Assembly (NCBI GenBank): GCA_965208125.1 | Contig: OZ242320.1 | Location: 2,176,001 to 2,240,000 of the forward strand | DNA length: 64,000 nucleotides | DNA from: Candidatus Latescibacterota bacterium | GTDB lineage: Bacteria > Latescibacterota > UBA2968 | Direction: 5' to 3' | Part shown: piece by piece, positions 57,419 to 64,000 of the stretch | Layout of the letters: each line of letters opens with the position of its first letter | Position numbering within the stretch: position 1 is the stretch's first letter | Notes under the pieces: model-generated | Databases searched by the model: none | What the model was told of the DNA's origin: nothing | The model's input: the letters and a program-made list of their open reading frames with translations, nothing else | Made by a program: the position numbers and the translations under genes

Positions 57419-57446
57419 TTGAGTTACGGGTCGAAAGGGTGTGCGT

Positions 57447-58037
57447 TCACAGGCTTCCTTTGGTCGAGGGTATGCCGCTGATCCTATTGTCGAGGGTGAC
57501 GGCTTGTCGCAGGGATCGGGCGACGGCTTTGAAGATGGCTTCCATGCCGTGGTGCGCGTTGTTGCCCCGGATGAGGTCGATGTGCAGGTTTAAGCGGGCA
57601 TTGTGCGCGAGTGCGGTGAAAAATTCGAGGCCGAGCGCCGTGGGAAATGCGCCGATGCGTTCTTCGGCGAATGCGGCATTATAGATGAGATGCGCGCGGC
57701 CTGAGAGATCGATTACGGCGCGGGCAAGGGCTTCGTCCATGGGTACGTACGCAAAGCCGAATCGCGCGATGCCGGTTTTGTCGCCCAGTGCGTTGGATAG
57801 TGCTTGACCGAGGCAGATGCCGATGTCTTCGACGGTGTGGTGGGCATCGACTTCGAGGTCGCCTTTGCAGGTGACGGTGAGGTCGAATAGGCCGTGGCGG
57901 GCAAGGGCTGTGAGCATGTGGTCAAAGAAGCCGATGCCGGTGTCGATGTGCGATTCTCCCGTGCCCGTGAGGGCGAGGGTGAGGTCTATGTCGGTTTCAG
58001 AGGTTTTGCGCTGGATGTGTGCTGTGCGAGAAGACAT
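57447..58037 (-). CDS. hisB: imidazoleglycerol-phosphate dehydratase
   Basis: TGIGFFDHML, DAHHTVED, PMDE, NAHH..EA.FK, PSTKG. Confidence 0.97.
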   Translation of the reverse strand: MSSRTAHIQRKTSETDIDLTLALTGTGESHIDTGIGFFDHMLTALARHGLFDLTVTCKGDLEVDAHHTVEDIGICLGQALSNALGDKTGIARFGFAYVPMDEALARAVIDLSGRAHLIYNAAFAEERIGAFPTALGLEFFTALAHNARLNLHIDLIRGNNAHHGMEAIFKAVARSLRQAVTLDNRISGIPSTKGSL

Positions 58038-58052
58038 GAGATGTGCCTTTTT

Positions 58053-58106
58053 GTAGGGGGCGGGTAGGGGCAGGTTTCAAACCTGCCCTTACAAACCCGC
58101 CCGTAC
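58053..58106. repeat. nested GTAG-type REPs
   Basis: gtagggggcgg[gtaggggcaggtttcaaacctgcccttac]aaacccgcccgtac. Confidence 0.75.
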
Positions 58107-58112
58107 AAGCGG

Positions 58113-59531
58113 TTAGGTGATGGCTAATTGCTGATCAGCAGGTTCGGGGAGTGTGCGGTCAATCAGATGATGTTTGTATCCAAAGCCGGGTCCTTCGACG
58201 GTGGAGATGTCGATGTGGCCGTTTTGCCGGCGATAGACGCCGGGGTGTATGACGGCTTCGGGTAGTGAGGCGTCGGGATAAAATTGCATGGCGTTGGTTT
58301 CAAAGCCCATGACGGTGCCGGCATGGGCTGTGAGCAGGGCGTGGGGGATTTGCGCGAGCATGGGATTTGTGAGGTCCTGTACCATGAGTGTCATGCCATG
58401 TGCGCGCGCCCAGCAGAGGGAGAGCAGGGCGCCGGTCTGGGTTTTGCAGGTTTTGAGGGCTACGCCGGTCCAGCCGAGTTGTCGTCCGAGGCGTATGATG
58501 CGCCAGTCGTGCGCACTTTCGTCCATGAAGAGGGGTTTGCGCGCAGAGATGCTGTGTACGTGGAGGGGGTTTTCAGATAGTTCATAAGCGAAGGGCTGTT
58601 CGACGTAGAGGATCATTTGATAGATGCGCGGGTGATCGGTGAGGAGGCGGTCCAGGATGTCGTTGACGTAATCGACTTGTTGGACGGTGCAGTTGAAGTC
58701 TGTACACAACCACATGGCGTTGTTTTCGATGCCGATTTGTCCGATGCGGACGATGCGGTCGTAATCCCATCCGGGTTCTTGTCCGGTGAGTTTGATTTTG
58801 AGGCAGGTAATGCCGTCGCGCCGTATCCAGTCGGGGAGGACTACGGGATAGCCGTCGTCGGGTTCATCGCCCGTGCGTTCGGCGTCGTCGAGGAGGTCGT
58901 TGCCGCCTACGGCGTGCCATGCGGGCAGGCGGTTTGGGCGCGGGCGGATGAAATAGTTTTCGGGATAGCGACCGGAGAAGTTGTGGTTGATGTCGTCGGC
59001 CGGGTCGAGATAGTGCGAGAGGTCGGCGTTCATGAAATCGGAGTTGTATGTGTCGTAGGTGTCGATGTTGTGGCGTATGCCATAGGCGTCGTGCAGGGCG
59101 AGGTCATAAGCCGAGGCGCAGACGAGTGCGGATAGGCGGGGCATGTCTCCCGTGGTTTCCCGTTGTTCGATGTTGAAGGCCGATAGGAGGTTGGGGAGGA
59201 TGTTTTCCTGGACTATGTGGCCGATTTCGATGGGGTGACCGGTGGTGTCGATGTCTGCATAGGCGCGTCCGATTTTGAGGCAGAAGTTTTTCATGGCCGT
59301 TTCCCGGATGGCGTATGTGAGGTGCGGCGATGGCCATGCCCAGGGCGCGCTCAAGGGTGTTTCTCCCCAGCCAGAAGCGGTGTTGCCGCGCTTGTCTTCG
59401 ATGTCGATGCGCACTCTGACGCAGGTGACGCTGTCGAGTTGTTCGGTGCCAAAGCGGTAGGGTATGCGCGTTTGTACGGGGAGGAAATAGGTGGCGACGG
59501 ATTTGATTTTTATGTCTGTTGGTTTGGGCAT
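58113..59531 (-). CDS. enolase superfamily (MR/MLE-like) protein
   Basis: GWGETPL, KIK, DFN, EQP, DES, KTCK, GPGFG. Confidence 0.85.
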   Translation of the reverse strand: MPKPTDIKIKSVATYFLPVQTRIPYRFGTEQLDSVTCVRVRIDIEDKRGNTASGWGETPLSAPWAWPSPHLTYAIRETAMKNFCLKIGRAYADIDTTGHPIEIGHIVQENILPNLLSAFNIEQRETTGDMPRLSALVCASAYDLALHDAYGIRHNIDTYDTYNSDFMNADLSHYLDPADDINHNFSGRYPENYFIRPRPNRLPAWHAVGGNDLLDDAERTGDEPDDGYPVVLPDWIRRDGITCLKIKLTGQEPGWDYDRIVRIGQIGIENNAMWLCTDFNCTVQQVDYVNDILDRLLTDHPRIYQMILYVEQPFAYELSENPLHVHSISARKPLFMDESAHDWRIIRLGRQLGWTGVALKTCKTQTGALLSLCWARAHGMTLMVQDLTNPMLAQIPHALLTAHAGTVMGFETNAMQFYPDASLPEAVIHPGVYRRQNGHIDISTVEGPGFGYKHHLIDRTLPEPADQQLAIT

Positions 59532-59549
59532 GGGTTGTCTCTGGTGATC

Positions 59550-59623
59550 CGGGACGGCACAGGGGCCGTCCCCTACAATGATATTTTATTTTTTTTGTAG
59601 GGGCGACCCCTTGTGGTCGCCCG
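59550..59623. repeat. GTAG-type REP doublet
   Basis: Reverse-complement arrangement of the 26689-26772 pair. Confidence 0.85.
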
Positions 59624-60686
59624 TTATTTCCAATGTCCTTTCAAGTGCCTCCAAAAAGCAATTGTTTTCTCGTTCGGTGCCGATGGATACGCGCAGCGCC
59701 CTGTCGAGCATGGGATAGGATGTGACGTTGCGGATGAGTACGCCCTGTTCGATTAATCCGGTGAAGACGGCATCAGGGTCGGCGACTTCAAAGAGGATGA
59801 GGTTGGCGTGTGATGGGTAGGGTGTGACGCCGTCTATTTGGGCGAGGGCCTGGAAGATGCGCTCGCGTTCTGAGCATATAAATGCGATGCGTTTTTGTAT
59901 GAGGTCTTTGTGGTTGAGGATGGCCATGGCCGCTGTGTGCGAGAAGATGTTGATGTCAAAGGGGATTTTGCCTTTGATGATTTCGTCGCGCAAGTCGGGA
60001 TGGGCGATGAGATATCCAATGCGGATGCCTGCGGCGCCAAATGCTTTGGAGAGGGTTTTGAGTACGATGAGGTTGGGGTGTTTGGGCAAGAGGTCTATGG
60101 CGGTCTGGCTGTAGAATTCGCCGTAGGCTTCATCGACCATGACGAGGGCGCTGGTGCTGGATAAGAGTTTGTCGAGGTCTGTGTTTGAGATGGCGCATCC
60201 CGTGGGGTTGTTGGGAGAGCAAAGGATGATGAGGCGCACGTTTTTTTGGCTGGCAGCGCGACATAAGGCCGGGATGTCGAAGCCGTAGTTTTCTGTGAGG
60301 GGAATGTCGTGGACGCGCCCGCTGAATATGTCGGTGTAGAGGCTGTAGAGGGAGAATGAGGGCGAGGGGATGACGACCTGGACACCGGGTGCGGATACGA
60401 CGCCGAGGACGAGTTGCACGAGGGTGTTCGATCCGTTGCAGACGATGAGGCCTTCGGGTTGGACGCCTGCGTGGTCGGCGAGTGCTTCGACGAGGTCCAT
60501 TTGCATGGGTTCGGGATAGCGCGACCAGGATTTGTTGCGGACGGCGCGCAAGATGTCGTCTTTCAAGCTGTCGGGTACGTCATAAGGGCTTTCGTTCTGG
60601 TTGAGCTTGATGGGACAGTCATAAGCCGTGAGATGATACCCGTGCAGGGCGCGGACTTCGGGTTTTATGTTTTGGAGATAGGTCAT
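59586..60686 (-). CDS. hisC: histidinol-phosphate aminotransferase
   Basis: KLNQNESP, NGS, SPNNPTG, DEAY, TLSKAFG.AG.RIG; his operon context. Confidence 0.95.
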   Translation of the reverse strand: MTYLQNIKPEVRALHGYHLTAYDCPIKLNQNESPYDVPDSLKDDILRAVRNKSWSRYPEPMQMDLVEALADHAGVQPEGLIVCNGSNTLVQLVLGVVSAPGVQVVIPSPSFSLYSLYTDIFSGRVHDIPLTENYGFDIPALCRAASQKNVRLIILCSPNNPTGCAISNTDLDKLLSSTSALVMVDEAYGEFYSQTAIDLLPKHPNLIVLKTLSKAFGAAGIRIGYLIAHPDLRDEIIKGKIPFDINIFSHTAAMAILNHKDLIQKRIAFICSERERIFQALAQIDGVTPYPSHANLILFEVADPDAVFTGLIEQGVLIRNVTSYPMLDRALRVSIGTERENNCFLEALERTLEITGDHKGSPLQKK

Positions 60687-60764
60687 ATGAATTAGGAATT
60701 AAAAATTAGGAATTAGCATTTCAACGCAGAATTTTTTGGTAAGGTCGGGAAAAGGATTTCCCTC

Positions 60765-62102
60765 CTACCATTTGTCTGCTGTTGGAGCGGCATCCTTGCC
60801 GCGATCCAGTGGTTGCTTTATCCTCTGTCTTATCGCATTCGCATGAGCATCTAAGCCCTCGGTTTCGGCCATGCTGATGATGTGGCCCGCGGTTTTTTGC
60901 AGGCGTTGTTCGGTGTATTGCAAGATGCTGATGGTTTTGGTGAAGGTGTCAACGCCAACAGATGACGCGAATCGGGCGGCGCCGGCTGTGGGCAGGATGT
61001 GGTTGGTGCCCGCATAGTAGTCGCCCACGGGTTCGGATGATGCCGCGCCGAGGAATACGGCACCGGCATGGCGAATGGATTGGAGATGTGCCCAGGGGTC
61101 GGCGACGATGAGTTCGAGGTGTTCGGGTGCGATGCGATTGGCGAGGTCAATGCCTTCGGCGAGGTCGCGGACGACGACGATTGCGCCAAAGCGGTCGAGT
61201 GCTTTTTGTATGGCTTCGCGATGTGTCAGGTCGGCGGCTTGATGGGCGATTTCGTCGGCGATTTGCGTTGCGAGGTCGGCAGAGGGTGTGATGCAGACCG
61301 CGGCTTCAAAGCCGCTGCCGTGTTCGGCCTGTGAGAGGAGGTCGGCGGCGATGTGTTTGGCGTTTGCGGTGTGGTCGGCGATGACGACGATTTCGCTGGG
61401 CCCGGCGATCATGTCGATGTCAACGGTTCCAAAGACGAGTTTTTTTGCGATTTGAACATAGGGGTTGCCGGGTCCGACGAGTTTGTCAACGCGGGGTATG
61501 GTGTCGGTGCCATAAGCGAGTGCAGCGATGGCCTGAGCACCGAAGACTTTGTAGATTGTGCGTATCCTTAGGTGATGGGCCGTGGCGAGGACGGCGGGGT
61601 GTACGGTGCCGTTTGGCTGCGGGGGCGTGGCGATGCAGAGGTGCGGGACGCCTGCGATTTGCGCGGGGATGGCGGCCATGAGCAGGGTGGAGAATAGGGG
61701 CGCACTTGCACCGGGGATGAGCAGGGCAACGCGTTCGATGGGCAGGATGCGTTTGCCGAGGATGACGCCGTCGCCGTCTTCGATAAAATAGGATGTTTGT
61801 CGCTGGGTTTCGTGAAAATTGCGGATGTTTGTCGCGGCTGCGTCTATGATTTCGATAAATTTGGGGTCGGCGTTGCGATGGGCTGCTTTGATTTCGGTTT
61901 CGGGCACGCGGATGTCGATTATGTCAATGCCGTCGTATTTTTTGGTGTACGAGAGGAGGGCGCGATCCCCCTGTTTTCTTACGGCGGTGACGATTTCTCG
62001 CACGGTTGCTTCCTGTTCGGGAGAGAAATCAGGGCTGCGCGAGAGGATGGCGTCGAGTTTTGGGGGTGTTTTGTCGCGGTTGTATGTGATGGTTTCGATC
62101 AT
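60765..62102 (-). CDS. hisD: histidinol dehydrogenase
   Basis: GAQAIAALAYG, GPGN, AGPSE, SQAEH, APEHL, GDY.AG.NH.LPT. Confidence 0.97.
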   Translation of the reverse strand: MIETITYNRDKTPPKLDAILSRSPDFSPEQEATVREIVTAVRKQGDRALLSYTKKYDGIDIIDIRVPETEIKAAHRNADPKFIEIIDAAATNIRNFHETQRQTSYFIEDGDGVILGKRILPIERVALLIPGASAPLFSTLLMAAIPAQIAGVPHLCIATPPQPNGTVHPAVLATAHHLRIRTIYKVFGAQAIAALAYGTDTIPRVDKLVGPGNPYVQIAKKLVFGTVDIDMIAGPSEIVVIADHTANAKHIAADLLSQAEHGSGFEAAVCITPSADLATQIADEIAHQAADLTHREAIQKALDRFGAIVVVRDLAEGIDLANRIAPEHLELIVADPWAHLQSIRHAGAVFLGAASSEPVGDYYAGTNHILPTAGAARFASSVGVDTFTKTISILQYTEQRLQKTAGHIISMAETEGLDAHANAIRQRIKQPLDRGKDAAPTADKW

Positions 62103-62115
62103 GGGATGCTGGAAT

Positions 62116-62994
62116 TCAATAGATCACTTTGTTTAAGGGATATTCGATGATGCCTTCGGCGCCCGATTTTTTGAGTTTTGGTATGAGGTCGCGCACGATG
62201 CGCTCATCGACGATGACTTCGATGGCTACCCAGTTTTCGTCGAGTAAGTTGGCGATGGTGGGGTTGTTGAGCGCGGGTAAGTTTTTGACGATTTGATTGA
62301 GGTCTGCGCGGCGTACGTTCATTTTGAGGCCGACTTTGTCTTCGGCGTTGAATGCGCCGATGAGCAAGGTGGCGATGTGTTGCGCTTTTTCGCGTTTCCA
62401 CGCATTGTTCCACGCTGTTTTGTTGGCGATGAGTCTGGGCGTGGTTTCAAACATGGTGTCTATGACGCGCAGGTTGTTGGCGCGCAGAGAGGATCCAGTT
62501 TCGGTGAGTTCGGCGATGGCATCGACGAGGCCGGGCACGCGAACTTTGGCTTCGGTGGATCCCCAGGAGTATTCGACTTCGGCGGTTATGCCCTGGTTTT
62601 TGAGGTAGTTGCGCGTGGCTGTGACGAGTTCGGTGGCGATGCGCTTGCCCTGCAGGTCCTGTACGGTCTGGATGTCCGAGTCTTCGGGGACTGCGATGAT
62701 CCAGCGCGCGGGTTGCGATGAGGTTTTGCTATAGGCAAATTCGGCGATTTCGATGATGTCGGCTTCGTTTTCGCGGATCCAGTCGATGCCGGTGAGGCCA
62801 ATGTCGAGGACGCCGCGTTCGACGTAGTGCGCGATTTCTTGGGCGCGCAGAAATAAGCCCTCGAGTTCGGGGTCGTCAATGACGGGCGTGTAGGACCGGT
62901 GGCTGGCGTGGATGCGATAACCGGCTTTGGCAAACAGGGTGAGCGTGGATTCCTGCAGGCTCCCCGAGGGAAGGCCGATTTTTAATATGGGCAT
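62116..62994 (-). CDS. hisG: ATP phosphoribosyltransferase (long form)
   Basis: LPSGSL, RAQEI, D.G.TG.D, GSTE, ETGSSL.AN.L, C-terminal regulatory domain. Confidence 0.96.
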   Translation of the reverse strand: MPILKIGLPSGSLQESTLTLFAKAGYRIHASHRSYTPVIDDPELEGLFLRAQEIAHYVERGVLDIGLTGIDWIRENEADIIEIAEFAYSKTSSQPARWIIAVPEDSDIQTVQDLQGKRIATELVTATRNYLKNQGITAEVEYSWGSTEAKVRVPGLVDAIAELTETGSSLRANNLRVIDTMFETTPRLIANKTAWNNAWKREKAQHIATLLIGAFNAEDKVGLKMNVRRADLNQIVKNLPALNNPTIANLLDENWVAIEVIVDERIVRDLIPKLKKSGAEGIIEYPLNKVIY

Positions 62995-63034
62995 GGGGGG
63001 TCTGCTCCTGTGAATTTTATAAAGGCGAATCTCA

Positions 63035-63220
63035 TTATGGCGGTGGGATTTCCAAATCTCTACATATTTTCCGCACTAAGAATTTGTTTAGCTCTCGGTG
63101 TCTTGGCACAGTGGAAACACACCGGACTCTGCGATTAACGTATATGGTATGATTACTGCCTTCTCTGAGAAATTCACAGCCGTTCTTGTTAAGATGGCGA
63201 ATGAAATCGCGTCTTTTCAT
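63035..63220 (-). CDS. hicA: HicA family toxin
   Basis: MKRRD..R.L...GC..LREG..H, VPRH.E, IC..L. Confidence 0.88.
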   Translation of the reverse strand: MKRRDFIRHLNKNGCEFLREGSNHTIYVNRRVRCVSTVPRHRELNKFLVRKICRDLEIPPP

Positions 63221-63435
63221 GTCTGAAAAAAAATAGGCTCACGAATCACATCTTGTATTTCCTCAATGGATTCTTCTGCGAGGATGCGGTTTGCTTCAAG
63301 CGTCATCTCAATTGCCTCTTGGATATTTACTCTGGCTTCTTCAAGCGTTTTTCCTTGCGTATTAGCACCGGGCAATTCTTCAACAAATCCAATGTATCCT
63401 TCCGGGACTTTTCTGTAAACTGCGGTTAATTTCAT
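63217..63435 (-). CDS. hicB: HicB family antitoxin (short)
   Basis: ELPGANTQG.TLEEA..N..EAI; ATGA overlap with hicA. Confidence 0.88.
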   Translation of the reverse strand: MKLTAVYRKVPEGYIGFVEELPGANTQGKTLEEARVNIQEAIEMTLEANRILAEESIEEIQDVIREPIFFQT

Positions 63436-63590
63436 GTCAAAAATCTCCTATTTTTCTTTTTCACAAATGGCACTAATTTATCTTAATCTATTAAAGATAC
63501 GATTTTTTGTTTTTTTTGGGAAATTTAATGCATATAATTATGAAAATTGAGTTGCCCCAGAAGAATTGACCTGACAACAGGAGTCTAATC

Positions 63591-64000
63591 ATGGGAAAAT
63601 CACATCTTGTCGGTTTGATTACGGATACACATGATAATAAACACGCGATTGAGAAAGCGGTTGAGCTTTTTAATGCGCGGGATGTGGGGTTGGTGCTGCA
63701 CGGGGGCGATTATATCGCGCCGTTTAATGCGCGCTGGATGGGCGATTTGACGGTGCCTTTTGTCGGGGTTTTTGGGAATAATGATGGGGAGAAGTTCGGT
63801 TTGCGAGCACTGTTTGAAGGCCTGGGACCGATTCACCGCCCGCCTTATGTACACGAGTGGGAGGGCAAGCGCATTTTGATGTTGCACGAGCCAGATGAGG
63901 TGGATGCTCTGGCACAGAGCGGTGCATACCATGTGATTTTTTACGGGCATACGCACGAGATCGATGTGCGAAGAGGCGATACGCTGGTGATTAATCCAGG
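63591..64000 (+). CDS. metallophosphoesterase (YfcE/MJ0936 family), runs off window edge
   Basis: Not in ORF track. Manual translation shows TDTHDN, HGGD, GNND, GHTH, INPG; AGGAG RBS. Confidence 0.92.
   Translation, partial: MGKSHLVGLITDTHDNKHAIEKAVELFNARDVGLVLHGGDYIAPFNARWMGDLTVPFVGVFGNNDGEKFGLRALFEGLGPIHRPPYVHEWEGKRILMLHEPDEVDALAQSGAYHVIFYGHTHEIDVRRGDTLVINP

Noticed and set aside
63468-63484. TGGCAC-like sigma54 site upstream of the phosphoesterase gene
   Set aside because: The -12 position reads TC rather than GC.

Overview
Bacterial chromosomal window, mostly moderately high GC with lower-GC patches. The gene content (cytoplasmic sulfatases, plant-type LRR and YWTD eukaryote-like proteins with dockerin-like modules, propeller-sensor fusions) suggests a sponge-associated Latescibacterota-like organism; this is inference only. 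Core genes are hisG-hisD-hisC-[enolase-like]-hisB, serS, an HtrA protease, dsbD, nfeD-floA, tRNA-Leu(CAA) and tRNA-Met(CAT), plus a glycosylation cluster with three GT-C-fold enzymes. Two decayed accessory regions follow the tRNAs. The first has an Rpn gene with a probable internal antitoxin start and a WYL pseudogene. The second has an LRR-metalloprotease, a DGR-like FGE remnant, a propeller-sigma54 activator and two antitoxins whose toxins appear deleted. At least four families of short intergenic palindromic or tandem repeats occur, some nested, chimeric or inside genes. Top leads: an unannotated 50-aa gene with a complete sigma54 promoter and terminator, a FolC-ATP-grasp fusion, a dockerin-like module shared by two eukaryote-like proteins, and DriD-like operator boxes. 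All family calls come from motif recognition by eye; no searches were run.
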